Shown here: in pieces, positions 12,730-26,170 of the stretch | How the letters are laid out: each line of letters starts with the position of its first letter | Position numbering within the stretch: position 1 is the stretch's first letter | From: Octopus sinensis | Lineage: Eukaryota | Reading direction: 5' to 3' | DNA length: 64,000 nucleotides | Assembly: GCF_006345805.1 (NCBI RefSeq) | Contig: NC_043003.1 | Coordinates: 7,440,001-7,504,000, forward strand | Notes under the pieces: generated by a model | Databases searched by the model: none | Told to the model about the DNA's origin: nothing | The model's input: the letters and a program-made list of their open reading frames with translations, nothing else | Made by a program: the position numbers and the translations under genes

Positions 12730-12853
12730 GGCTTTAGTCCATTCAACCATTCTTCTAACTTCTGGCCTCAGTTTCACAGACCCAGACACACTTGGAATGG
12801 CCACAGCAGTGCCAAGCCGTTTGATAAAACGGTCAGCATTATCATCAATGTAC
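12730..12853 (-). CDS. CNDP2: CNDP2-like copy B, exon 2 (YIDDNADRFIKRLGTAVAIPSVSGSVKLRPEVRRMVEWTKA)
   Basis: ttcag acceptor, gtaaga donor, 124 nt. Aligns to CNDP2 [23 protein letters not shown]. Confidence 0.93.
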
Positions 12854-13220
12854 CTGAATAAGAAATTAAACAATATATTAATGATTCTTTGAAGGTAAAC
12901 AAACATACATATAAATTTTCATCCCAAGATTACATTTACTGTCAGGAAATGGTCATGGCCCTAAGCTTCTTACAGAAAAATGTGGACTGAATATATATAT
13001 ATATAGATATATATAATATTTAATATTTTATATTCAACATTTCATCTATTCAATAAGACAATACTTCATTTCATTTTACTATATATATATATTATTTATA
13101 CTATATATTCTATATTCTTCATTAATATTATAAAGAATATAAATAAAACATAAAAAACAGAGTTGGAATTTCTTTGAATAATATATATCCCTCTACACAC
13201 AATCATACAAACCCCTTATT

Positions 13221-13268
<48 letters not shown>

Positions 13269-13769
13269 GCAGCGGGCTGGCAGAATCGTTAGCACACCGG
13301 GTGCTTTGTGGTATTTTGTCTATACACACACACTGACTAACTCAATTTTATAAATATAGATAGATATTGTCAGTGGATCACATGTCCAAAAGAGATGCTT
13401 GACAACTGATGCTGGTGTGTTTATATCCCTATAATTTAGTAGTTCAGCAATATGGACCAATAGAATAAGTACTAGGCTTACAAAGAATAGGTCTTGGGAT
13501 CGATTTGTTCGACTAAAGGCAGTGCTTCAGCATGGCCAAAGTCAAATGACAGAAGCAAAAAAAAAAGGCAGTAATGTATTTACCTGATATATGCCTCCAG
13601 CCACTGGAGTCTGTGAAATCATTGATAAAGCTAAGCGCTTTATGGATGTGAAACCATTGGTCACTCTATGACCAGACATATTTAACTTCATGTAAAAATA
13701 TATAAATATGTATTTATATTCATTTACTATTTTTCAGTCATTTGACTGCGGCTGTGCTGGGGCATCACC

Positions 13770-14790
13770 TCGAAGGGGACCCAATGGACAACTAAGCATG
13801 CAGAAGTATGTGGGGGCAATGGAAGGCCTCTTCAGAACTCGTTTTAATAACCACAAGTCCTCCTTCAACATCCCAGAGAGATGTGATGCCACAGCTCTAG
13901 CCAAACACATCTGGGCTTTGAAAGAAAGTACCACAGAGTACAGCATAAACTGGAAGAGCTTAGAAAATTGAAAACTGTACTTCAATAGCAGTAGGAACTG
14001 CAGAATATGCCTGTCTGCGAAGAGAGCAATTTTAAAAGGTACCCAATGCCAAGATGTCTACCTGAACAGCAGGAGTGAGGTGTTTAATCTGTATCCGCAT
14101 GAAAGGAAGTACATCCTCTTGTACCTGCACGTCCCACGATGACTGCAACCACAGGTCACCTGCCTTGACCCTCTGCTAATGACCTTCCACCTAATGCCCT
14201 CGGGCCCGGCAAAAAGAGTTTGATCAAAGCACACACCAATGCACCCATGTACACACATATACACCCCTATAAGGTGGACACCCCACAATGTGTCTCCCAC
14301 CAACCCCAACGCATACCCTTACACACGAATAGTACCCTCTCCCACACACACTAACATAAAAAATCCCTCATGACTGTATCCTTTACAGAAAGAAAACAGA
14401 CCCATGAACACAGGTATATATACCTATACCCCCTGAAAAAATTATGTATATGACATCACTACACACACCCCCACAGAATCATCATATTAATAATACACAC
14501 CTCCTCCACTTCAAGATAACTCTTACTGGCTTCACAGCATACCAAACCAAGGGACATAACTCCTAACCTACCCCACCCCACCAGGCCCATTTTTGCTTCA
14601 CCACCTTTTTTCACAGCAGCCACTGACCAGTTGTGCTAATCCACCTCCAATGATAGAAAGCAGTCACCATATTCTCTTCCATATCGGTTAACCCTGATGA
14701 GTGTAAAGTTTTATAATCAGATTGTTGCCTAACACTGCATTGTATTCTTTACACAAAACCAATTGGTAAGATCAGCCGTGATGAACATTT
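13770..14790 (+). mobile_element. Penelope-like element remnant: GIY-YIG C-terminus plus 3' region with a decayed hammerhead
   Basis: Translation KYVGAMEGLFRTRFNNHKSSF...ALAKHIWALK...INWK..*..CRICLSAKRAIL...LNSRSEV...HERKYIL matches the PLE endonuclease pattern. CTGATGA at 14694-14700. Confidence 0.8.
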
Positions 14791-15061
14791 AATAAATATA
14801 CATTTTGGATTATATATATATATATATACACACACCCAAACAATAACAGATTACATATGCTGAAAAAAGAATAATTGCAATTAGACATGTAATTTGGGGC
14901 CATGGTAATTAGACCACACCAATTTGAAACTATTTAACAATTTAATTAGACCACACCAATTTGAAAGCATTTAACGAACCTATCCTGAGCTATTCGTACT
15001 GAGTATGTATCTTTGTATCATATGTATCTTTATGTATCATAATGAAATTATTTTCCCTAAT

Positions 15062-15573
15062 TACTGTAAATCCTCAAGTATAATCCGCATTTTCCCCCAA
15101 AAATTTAAAGGTCAAAATCCCTAGTGCGTACTATATACGAGGTTAAAAATGAAAATTATTTTCTAAGCAATGTCCAAGTCTCTATTTGCTGTCCGGCAAT
15201 CGTTATTCAGACACATTTTGTGATGTCGGGTGCGAAAATACCTTAAGCTAAGCCTGAAAGCAATGAAGTCATAAAAGAATCATCCATAACTTGCAGTAAA
15301 CAACATTTATTAAACGTTATTACTGTTATTTCTTTATTTTCTGCAAACAAAAGGCACAAAAAAGCTACACATTTGCATTATGTTATATATACAATAATAA
15401 AGGACGTTACCGTATACATTTTACAAATCAAGGACATTATATAGACCTCCTTGACTCAGGTTAGAGAAGGGGTGCGTATTATACACAAGGTTTAGATTTT
15501 TCAGAGGTACAGCCCCCTAAAAATCCCCTGCGTATTATACTCAAGGGTGGACTATACTCGAGGATTTATGGTA
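15062..15573. mobile_element. Tc1/pogo-type non-autonomous TIR element
   Basis: TACTGTAAATCCTCAAGTATAATCC at the left end and GGACTATACTCGAGGATTTATGGTA at the right end are imperfect inverted repeats with TA ends. Confidence 0.75.
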
Positions 15574-15789
15574 CACAGTTAATACTGAGGTAACAGAATG
15601 CTTTTCGACCACATGCTTCTGGGTTCAATCCCACCGCATCACACCTTGAGCAAGTGTCTTCTACCATAGAGTCACACTGACCAAAGCCTTGTGAGAGGAT
15701 TTCTTAGACGGAAATTGAAAGAAGCCCAATGTGAGTGTGTGTGTCTTTGTCTTGATATTGCGTGATTGTGGTAAATGAATCTCATTTCT

Positions 15790-16680
15790 TTCCAATATTC
15801 TACAAGAACACATCTGGCTGTGAGGACAAACACAAATAAAGACACACACACATATTGCATCTTCCAGCCCGTGACTCCTTGCTCAGCCACATTTCAAACT
15901 TCCTACTTAACTAAGACTTTGGTTTTTGCTAGATTGACTCTAAGGCCCTTCAATTCTAGACCTTGCTTCCACACCTGAAACTTCATCTCTAGTTCTGGTA
16001 GTGACTCACTTATCAGAGCAAGGTCATCAGCATAGAGAAGCTCCCAGGAGCAGCTTGTCTTGAATTCTTCTGTTATTACCTGGAAGACTATGATGAATAG
16101 GAAGGGGGCTGAGAACTGATCCTTGGTGAACCCCTACTTCTACCCAGAATTCTTCACTATAGTCGTTATCAATCCTCACCTTACTGACAGCATCCCTGTA
16201 CAGGGCTTGTACAGCTCTCACCAACCATTCATCTATCCCTAGTTTCTGCATTGAGGACCAGATAAGGGATCGGGGGACCCTATCAAAGGCTTTCTCCATG
16301 TCAACAAAAGCCAAATACTGAAGTTTATCCTTGGCTAGGAATTTCTCCTGCAGCTGTCTTACCAGAAATATAGCATCAGTGGTACTTATCCCCGACACAA
16401 ACCCAAATTGCATCTCGTCTAAACTAACTCTCTCCCTAATTAGTTGGGCTATGACCCTCTCCATGACTTTCATCATCTGATCCAACAATTTGATCTCTCT
16501 CTTATTATTCCTATCTACCTTTGTAGCAGTTAACCATGGGGCTGCTACACCAGTCATTGGGTATGACTCCTTTACGGTTAACTATTCGGGTGACGAGACT
16601 ATAGTCTACACTGCCAGATATTTCAAGCTTCTCAGCAGTGATTCCTGATGGTCCAGGGGCTTTCCCTGACTTCAAAGGAA
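15790..16680 (-). pseudogene. RTE LINE RT fragment
   Basis: ORF 16027-16557 with QFGFVSGISTTDAIF, AFVDMEKAFDRVPR and GVHQGSVLSPL. Confidence 0.9.
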
Positions 16681-17353
16681 TTATGGAACTAAATATTTAC
16701 TGGCGCAGACATAGCTGTGTGGGTAAGAAGTTTGCTTTGTAACATTTTGGTTATGGGTTCAGTCCTACCGCATGACACCTTGGGCAAGTGTTTTCTACCA
16801 CAACTGTAGTACCAACCAGTGCCTTGTGAGTGAATTTGGTTGACAGAAACTGTGTGGAAGCCTGATGTATGTATATGTGTGTTGACAACTGGTGCTGGTT
16901 TGTTTATGTCCCTATAACATAGCGGTTCGTCAAAAGTGACCGATGAAATATGTACCAGATTTAAAAATAAATAGTGGGGGCCAATATGTTCTACTAAAAC
17001 CGTTCGCTGATAGAAACAAGTAAGAAATTAAAAGACATAAGTAGGACAAAATAATGTTTGTTTTCTATCGTTTCAATAATAAAAAAAAAGGTGCGGTTTC
17101 TGATTTAGGAACAAGGTCAGTGGTTTTGAGGGGAGGAAATTAAATGAGACCGACAGGTACTAATGGGATACAAACTAAATAAAAGAGTTAAAATTACGAA
17201 ACGCCTTAAACTTATTTAGTTTATAATTATTTCTATCATATATTACAATATAATAAATATTTTGTAAAAAAAAAACTAGATTAAAAACAACCAAGAATTC
17301 ACAGAGGATATTGTCGGGCCACTTGTATCGGTACGTCAATATTTCGGGACCCC

Positions 17354-17825
17354 TAAGGCGGCAAGCTGGCAGAAACGTTAGCACGCCGGGCGAAATACTT
17401 GGTGGTATTTCGTCTGTCTTAAAGTTTTGAGTTCAAATTCCGTCGAGGTTGACTTTGTCTTTCATCGTTTCGGGATCGATAAATTAAGTACCAGTTGCGT
17501 ATTGGAGTCGATCTAATCGACTAGGCCCCTCCCACAAAATTTCGGGCCTTGTGCCTAGAGTAGAAAAGAATATTTCGGGACCCTTAAGGCGACAAGCTGG
17601 TAGAAATGTTAGCACGCCGGGCGGAAGTCTTGCCGCAAAATGCTTAGCAGTATTTCGTCTGTCTTTACTTTCTGAGTTCAAATTCCGCCGAGGTTGACTT
17701 TGCCTTTCATCGTTTCGGGGTCGATAAATTAAGTACCAGTTGCGTACTGGGTCACTCTAATCGACTGTCCCCAACTCACTAAAAATTTCAGGCCTTGTGA
17801 CTAGAGTAGAAAAGAACATTTCGGG
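17354..17825 (+). mobile_element. SINE family 3, two head-to-tail copies
   Basis: AAGGCGGC.AGCTGGCAGAA..GTTAGCACGCCGGGCGAAAT...GAGTTCAAATTCCGCCGAGGT.GACTTTG. Other approximate copies: 21925-22300(-), 29345-29580(-), 37070-37280(+), 42660-43100(-), 45850-46160(-), 51100-51480(-), 54175-54485(+). Confidence 0.8.
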
Positions 17826-20800
17826 ATCCTTGTATCCCACTAGTACCGACCAATAACCTTCAGAGGAATAAAAAGCAGAGTTGACCTCGGTGCGATTTGA
17901 ACTCAGAACATAAAGAACTGGAAGAGATATTACAAAGCACTTTTCCGATACCACGTCGAGAAAGTACCGACCACAGTCAGTAAATGAACTTTAAAACTTT
18001 AGATCTCTTACATCAAAACTAAAATCACGTGGTTCTTTGCATGTGATTGCCAACACGCTGATCACAAGTGTCTTTTGACCTCAATTTTAAACCCTACAGC
18101 CTAGGAGTGGTAGCAGTGGTGGCCATCGACCCCTTCATGGAATCCTTGACCCCTCATCGACCACCAGGCATGTACAAGAAAATAAATAATAATAAAGTGG
18201 ATGTGCATTTATTGAACCCCTTGAATAATCCCATCGAACCTAACGCCAGGACAAAATTTATCATGTTTACTCTCAACCGAAGTTGATGGGATTATATTCT
18301 CTTCTACTCTAGGCTCAAGGCCCGAAATTCTGGGGGAGGGGCCCAGTCGATATCGACCACTTTGGAGACCCCCCTGGTCTACATCTTGTGTCAGGCATAA
18401 ACTCGGTTTCAACCACATTTTTGTTAGTACTGTATCTCTGTTTAGTGCTGAATATCATATATAAAAAAATAAAAACAAGAGTATTGGATACTATATAAGT
18501 AGAGATTTTGATTGAGTTAAGTTGTAACTTGCCTTCAGATACTGTGCAAAAACAGGCGAAACTCAGACTGGCAAGCGACCGACCGACTAACATGCATGCA
18601 TACATCTCTTTTTAATATTTGGCTTAGGCCTAACAATACTAATAGCCTGGTGTTAGAGCTCAATATACATATGCTATAAGCCACAGAAGGGGAGACCCCC
18701 TTCGGTCATGAATGACCATGGGATTGCACCTAGAAAGTTACCTTCCCAGGCACAAGTCCGAACAAGGTTGTTTATGGAAGGCCAGCAGTCGCCCATGCAT
18801 ACCGGCCTCCCCTCTCCATACCACTGATGTTATCCAAGGGAAAGGCAAAGGGGCCGATACAGCTTGGCACTTGTGACGTCGCGAGTTAACTGAAGCGACA
18901 TGAAATAAAGTGTCTTGCTCAAGAACACAACACGCAGCCCGGTCCGGGAATCGAACTCACAACCTCTAATCACTGAACCATGCGCCTTCACATAAGCCAC
19001 ATATATATCTGGCAGAATTCCTACCACAAACATAACAGGATGTGAGCAGGATTCCTAAGCGAAACCAAATCATAATCTAGTTGACTGGTCGTCATGTGCC
19101 CTCTTCAAATTCAGTCGTTGACACCATCAACAATAAAACAATCTTTCACTTTGCACTCGAAGGCAAAAATATTTATATCTCCAAAGCTATAATTTTCTTT
19201 GATGTATAAAGTAATAATAGACAAAGAAATAACTTGTATAACTCCTGTGAATGAGCCAAGGTAATTTTTTGTTTAGTAAAATAAATTAGCTATTGAGAAT
19301 TAATATTCAGTAATTTACTATCTTGCTTTCAACATTTATTTCAAACGAGAACACGTAAAGTTCAAAGGTTACCAGTCATGGTTGTTAAACATGAGATAAT
19401 ACTGTTCTACTGACAAGCCTATGATTTAAACCAGTGGTTCTCAAAAACTTTGCAAAGAAATTTACGTTATAGTTTTTTTTCGATCATTCGCGGTCCCCGA
19501 TAAAATGCAGGATAATCAACATGCAAAAAAATGACACATTCGTGTGCCATAATTTGCGGACTATGAACAGCATTGCCCATAGACCCGCAACCCCGAAAAC
19601 CACAATTTAATCCAGGCAATGTCCCATTGGGATACAATAAAAGCAATTGAATATATGGGGAATCAGTTGGTTACAAAACAAATGAGAAAGGAAAAATACT
19701 GACAGTAAATGCACGATCAACCGTTATACTGACATATTTTCTATCGGTTAATCATACTTGTTGTACAAGTGTGATTAGCAAAAATGAGTGTGTAAGAGTG
19801 ATGTGGGTTGAGGCCAACGACAAAAAAAAAGGATGATAGCATGCGGAAAATTGAAAAACTTTCAAATTTTTAAACTTGACTATCTCAAGTCACCCCATTT
19901 TCACGATACTTCAGTGCCCTTCGTGGTCCCTTAGGGCAGTGCTTCTCAAACTATCTGATGTGGAGCACCGACAGTTCTCTGGCGATCTTATATCGAAATT
20001 TTGCCACAAAATGAATATAATAAAAGTTGGCAATTTTTTAAATCTTATATTTATCTTGTAAACAAATAATACAATATTACATAAGCATTTTATAATGTTT
20101 CTTTCTTTTCTGGGTTAATGTTTAATAGTAATGTAAACATTAACCGAGGATTATTATGCGAACGACGAATTAGAGCTTAAATAAGCACAAAAAAGTCCCC
20201 AAATTCGGTCAAATGTCGAACAACGACCTCCCGTACAAAACAGGGACAATATGCTAGATTCAATGAATATCTACAAAACTTGTAAAGTATCATGTTTTAT
20301 TGTTTACAAAACAGAATCTACAACAGCAATTAAATCAGTTTAATTGGTGTTAATAATAACAGACTGCCCCTTCGTTGGCTCAAAAATTAATTACACTAAA
20401 CATGTAATACAATCCGCAAATGTCCACCAAAATGCCAAAGTATGGAGTTTTATATAAAGCATCTCTGTTTATTATTTATAAAATATATTATAAATTGGTT
20501 TGCTCATAATTATTTATACTAGATGTGCAGTGGACTCCCCGAATGTATCACAAAAAAGTTGTGTGCTGTTTTCTATCAGTATACCATAAAATATTCCAGG
20601 AGTTGACAAGATCTGGCCTCGTAAAATAAAGAACTTGAGATAATTTAGGTGAAACAAAAATTATATTTTGTCAGACTAACGATTATGAATTAAATATTTT
20701 ATACCATAAAATAATAATTAACTCAGTTTAATTCAACTTAAAAAGAGTCAGTCCTGTAAAATGCCGATTTGCTTTAAAATGGGATGTGTTGCAATTAGCC

Positions 20801-21617
20801 GATTTTTACGAGGTCCCTTTTGGTTGTTCTGGGAAGTGCTTGGAATCGTACAAATCACAGAACTTTGCCAAAAAGATTCTAGCTGTGAAAAATCTTCATT
20901 GTTTATTATTTTTTATGTGTCTCGGTCAGAACCTGGGTAGATTTTCTCAGATACCCTTAAACACATTTAAAAAAGCATTAGATTAAGATACCTTATAAAT
21001 GTTTGTAATTAACTTTTATCTCGTTAAAAGAAAAAAATTCAATAATTTTTTAATGCGATATTACGGATAAAGGAAAAGGATCAAGGATAAAGGAAAAGAT
21101 CCCGATATTCAAAACGAAAATATAAAACTGAAGGTTGTTTCTCATAGGGCAACATTAAAGTCAGAGCGCGGTTAAAAAAAAGTCCCAATTAAACGAATAA
21201 AGGCAGACCCTGATATAATAATGAATAGCAACTTGCTGGGACAAGGGCTGACCTTGGGACCTAAAAAACATCAAGTGGTTGCTGATATATTAAAAATAGC
21301 AGCCAAATCTCTATCGCATTTTATGCTATCATCTTAAAAAACAGAAATTAAGACCGGAGACATTGGACCATGTAAGCCATGTAAACAACGTAAACCAACA
21401 AGGGAACCCTTAAGTGGTCGCACATGTAAAAATAGCAGCCAAATCTCTCTCGCAGAAAAAGACCGGGCACCTTAGACGATGTGGTCCTTAGAAAAACGAA
21501 ACGAAATGGCTATTGCTGGAGAGATGTGATAGTAAGTAAGCTACAATAGATCAGAACAGAACAAACAAAATATAATAATAACATTAGTGGTGATAGTATA
21601 ACAGCTTATAAACTTAC

Positions 21618-21634
21618 TTGAAGACGCCTTCCAT
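21618..21634 (-). CDS. CNDP2: CNDP2-like dipeptidase copy B, coding exon 1 (MEGVF-K)
   Basis: ATG GAA GGC GTC TTC AA|gtaagt. The phase-2 donor joins exon 2 (G TAC ATT GAT) to give MEGVFKYID, matching the CNDP2 N-terminus (LFKYID). It sits in a CpG-rich segment next to a GA-repeat tract. Confidence 0.8.
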
Positions 21635-21920
21635 TGTGAACCGAACGGTGAGAAAACTGCGAAGGAATTGCGGAGCGACGGGTGAAAAATGAAAGTGTTG
21701 AGGGAGGGAGAGAGAGTAAGAGAGAGAGAGAGAAGAATTATACTCGTGATAAAGAGGGGGGAGTGAGAGAGTGCGAGAAGAACTAAATTGCTGAGAAAGA
21801 GATGGTGAGCAATCAATTTATTTGAGAGAGTAAGAAAGTTAGCGTAATCAAATCGCTGAGAGAGAGAGAAGGGGAGAAAAAGAAAGAACAATTAAATTGT
21901 CGAGCAAGAGAGAGAGAGAG
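21635..21920 (-). promoter_or_regulatory. Probable 5' UTR and promoter of copy B
   Basis: CpG-rich 60 nt directly upstream of the ATG, followed by (GA)n/(CT)n tracts at about 21705-21920. Confidence 0.5.
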
Positions 21921-24900
21921 AATAGTGGTTTCAAATTTTAGCACAGGGTCAGCAAGTTCGAGGGAGTGGGGGGGGGGCTAGTCGATTATGTCGACACCAG
22001 TGCGTAACTGGTACTTATTTTATCGGCCCCGAAATGAATGAAAGGCAAAGTCGACCCCGGCGGAATTTGAACTCAGAACACGAAGACGGACGAAATTTCT
22101 TTACTACCCATAAGGGGCAAAACACAGAGAGGACAAACAAGGACAGACAAACGGATTATATCGACCCCAGTGCGTAACTGGTACTTATTTAATCGACCCC
22201 GAAATGGATGAAAGGCAAAGTCGACCCCGGCGGAATTTGAACTCAGAACACGAAGACGGACGAAATTTCACTAAGCATTTTGCTAGCTCGTCACCTTCGA
22301 GGGAGGGAATATTGCCCGGCAGACGAAGGAGGTTTTAAAGTGGGATGTTTAATGTAAAAAGGTGCAAACTCCAGTGGCTGAATATGTAATAGATTAAATC
22401 TTATTCTAGCTGGAATAATTACACGAGTAAATGTTCCACACAAACTTTATTTCTTTTCATCAATTACTTCGACCCATTTCACGAACCTGTCCGGATTTGT
22501 TCCTTCAGCTTCGGACGATCCGTTTGTTGTGTTTGAGTCGAGCTGTAAGCCAAAGAAGAGCTTTTTGGCAATTTTTTTTTTAGAATCATAATCTCTGTAT
22601 TTTTCCACGTATTTTGAAAAAAAAAAAATTCTGAAAAAAGTAGCCGTACACTGCTAGGGGAGGGGCAATTTATTATTAAAATTATTATTACTGAAATTTT
22701 ATAAAAACTTTTGGAAATTTTTATCAGAGTCATAATCTTCGTATTTTTCCGCATGTTTCGAAAAAAAAAAAAAATTCTGAAAAAAGTTTTAAAAAATGAA
22801 AAAATTAGTGGGTGGGTGGGGGATTTCAAAATGCCGATTTTTGCCAATTTTTTTGCAGATTCGTATTCACCGTAGCTGAAAACGGGGGATTGTGTAGAAA
22901 AAAAAAAAAAAAAGGCGGGGTTGGGGGGTACAAAAGGAAGTCTTGTCGCTTTTTCTGGTGTTCCTGTGGCTGGAAAAAACTTTTGTAGTGGTGTACTTCA
23001 GCTGCCTTATCTATAATACTTGAGATTTCTCTTACAGGTATAATAACCATGGACGTTTGTAGATAAATACAGGATTACCAGACAAGAATTATATTTATCA
23101 AGTTGTAAATCATTTACAGAATTTTGTCGATTCAGTGTGGTTAGACCTGAAGAAAGTTAAGCTCCACTGTGTGTAAAAGTGACCTAGACGCTGCATGTCA
23201 TGATAGTGCGCCCTGCAATAGGGGTTAAGGGCTCAAGACCTATTGATGTACTTGACTCAATAGGTCTCCTTAAGCACAGCAGGTTGCCCTATGATCCAAG
23301 GTACTTTTGAATGGGCTGGGGCTGGTTATGTGAAACTGGTGTAGGATACAGCCTTGAACTCACTTTATTTTCTGGGGTTAAGAGCTCAAGACATGCAGAC
23401 ATACATACATAGATTTGTTGAGACCTTGCTTGGCCCTACCTTCCTGAGATTCGAAACCAAATCCACTCACTTGATGCAAGTAAGAAATCTTTTGTTTGCA
23501 ACTGCACACCAGATAATTAATGGGAACCATTTGACCTCCAAAGACCTTTGCTGGTCACGGAAAGGTCAGTCCTTTGTTTAGAATTGGACCCAGCTTCTAG
23601 CATCTATATATATATAACTGAGAATGTGTGTGCATCACTAAAACTTGAGAACTACCCAACCGATTTCATTGAAGTTTTATACATGCCTTACTTAAGGCCC
23701 TTGCAGTGTCATGGGCCAAAAGAATTTTCAACTTCTTGCCTAATGTAAGCCCAGAGCAATCTCTTATCACTTACACTATTTCAGTATTACGTGTCAAAAG
23801 TGAAACAATAGCATGTCTATTGTAATGTGAAATAATACTTTCAGTTTTAATAGTTTCACTATTAATACTTTCACTATGTATATAATATATACATAGTGTC
23901 TTATTGGCACTTGTGCCCCGTGCTAGTAGGGTGCCAAGAGCACTATCCGAGCGTGATCGTTACCAGAGTGGCTAACTGGCTTCTGTGCCAGTGGCACGTA
24001 AAAGGGCACCATTTGAGCGTGATCGTTACCAGCGTTGCCTTACTGGCACCTGTGCTGGTGGCATGTGTAAAAAGATTCGAGCGAGGTCATTGCCAGCACC
24101 GCCTGACTGGCGCCATGCCGGTGGCACGTAAAAGCCCCCACTACACTCTCGGAGTGGTTGGCGTTAGGAAGGGCATCCAGCTGTAGAAACACGGCCAGAC
24201 CAAGATTGTAGCCTGGTGCAGCCATCTGGCTCACCAGCCCTCAGTCATTCGTCCAACCCGTGCTAGCATGGAAAGCGGACGTTAAACGATGATGATGATG
24301 ATATACGTAGTGAAACTGTCAATTGTCAACTTGGATAGCTAGTCCGAATTGACAATTGACAATTTTGCTATCTCTTTACTCTTTTACTTGTTTCAGTCAT
24401 TTGACTGTGGCCATGCTGGATCACTGCCTTTAGTCAAGCAAATCGACCCCATGGCTTTTTCTTTGTAAGCCTAGTACTTATTCTATCGGCCTCTTTTGCC
24501 AAACTGCTAAGTTACAAGGACATAAACACACCCATATCGGTTGTCAAGCGATGTTGGGATGGACAAACACACACACACATATATATACATATACATATAA
24601 ACGATGAGCTTCTTTCAGTTTCTGACTACTAAATCCACTCACAAGGCTTTGATTGGCCCAAGGCTATAGTTGGAGACACTTGCTCAAGGTACTATGTAGT
24701 GGGACTGAACCCGGAACCATGTGGTTGGTAAGCAAGCTACTTACCACACAGCCACTCCTGCACCTATGCACACAGCCACTCCTGCGCCTATATTATATAC
24801 ATAGTGAAAGTATTAATAGTGGAACTATTAAAACTGAAAGTATTATTTCACATTACAATAGACAGTACCTTGGTAGATAAAGCAATTAAGGGTATGAAGA

Positions 24901-25029
24901 CAGAAAGCCCCTGGCCCAGCAGGAATCACCGTAGAGATGCTTAAAATATCTGGCGGTGTCTGCTAAAGACTAGTCACCTGTATAGTCAATCAGGTGATAT
25001 ATATATATATATTTATATATATATGTATA

Positions 25030-26170
25030 TATACATCAGCATTATCTTCATCATTGTTTAACGTCCGCTTTCCATGCTGGCATGGATTGAACGATTTGAC
25101 TGAGGACTGGCAAGCTGAGAGGCTGCACCAGGCTCCAATCTTGATCTGGCAGAGTTTCTACAGCTGGGTGCCCTTCCTAACGCCAACCACTTCGAGAGTG
25201 TACAGGGTGCTTTTATGTGCCACCAGCACGAAGGCCACTCTGGTAGTACTGGCAATGGTCATGCTCAAATGGTGTTTTTTACGTGCTACCTGCATTGGCA
25301 ACAACCTCGCTCGAATATTTTTTCACATGCCACCGGCACACGTGCCTGTAAGGCGACACAGGTAACAAACACACTCGAATGGTGCTTTTTACGTGTCACC
25401 GGTATGGGAGCCAGTCAGCTGCTCTGGCAACGATTATACTTGGATGGTGCTTTTAGTGCTCCACTAGTACAGTTGCCAGTCATTGAATTTGATTTTGATT
25501 TCGATTTCACTTGCCTCAACAGGTCTTCGCAAGCAGAGTTTAGTGTCCAATGAAGGAAAGGTACACATAAATGGACTGGTTACACCCCTGGCATAGACCA
25601 CAAGGTTATGGTCTCACTTGGCTTGCCGGGTCTTCTCAAGCACAGCATATTTCCAAAGGTCTCGGTCATTAGTCATTGCTTCGTGTTCGAAGGTCGTGTT
25701 TCACCACCTAATCCCAGATCTTCCTGGGTCTACCTCTTCCACAGGCTCCCTCAACTGCTAGGGTGTGGCACTTTTTCACACAGCAATCTTCATCCATTTT
25801 TGCCACATGACCATACCGGCACAGTCATCTCTCTTGCACACCACATCTGATACTTCTTATGCCCAACATTTCTCTCAAGGTACTTACACTCTGTCGAGTA
25901 TGCACACTGACATTACACATCCATCAGAGTATAGTGGCTTCATTCCTTGCAAGCTTACGTATGTCCTCAGCAGTCACGGCCCATGTTTCACTGCCATGTA
26001 GCATGGCTGTTAATACTCATGCATCATACAGTCTACCTTTTACTCTGAGCGAGAAGCCCTTTGTCACTAGCAGAGATAAGAGCTCTCTGAACTTTGCCCA
26101 GGCTATTCTTATTCTAGCAGCTATACTTTCAGTGCACCAACCCCCGCTACTGACTTGTTCACCTAGGTAA
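25030..26170 (-). mobile_element. RTE LINE 3' portion (C-terminus plus 3' UTR)
   Basis: RIRIAWAKFRELLSLLVTKGFSLRVKGRLYDA on the minus strand, followed by the family 3' UTR. Confidence 0.85.

Noticed and set aside
13582-13660. Donor-like ATCAG|gtaaat upstream of exon 2 as an alternative first exon
   Set aside because: The frame needed to join exon 2 has an upstream TGA and no ATG. The 21618-21634 exon fits phase and homology.
19431-19950. CAGTGGTTCTCAAA / CAGTGCTTCTCAAA as hAT termini
   Set aside because: Both are in the same orientation and I could not identify matching right ends or 8-bp TSDs, so no element is called.
20786-20986. KKILAVKNLH similarity to an alternative frame of exon 10 (EKILAVKNFY)
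   Set aside because: About 20 of 28 nt match in AT-rich sequence, on the opposite strand, with no flanking homology or splice sites. Treated as chance.
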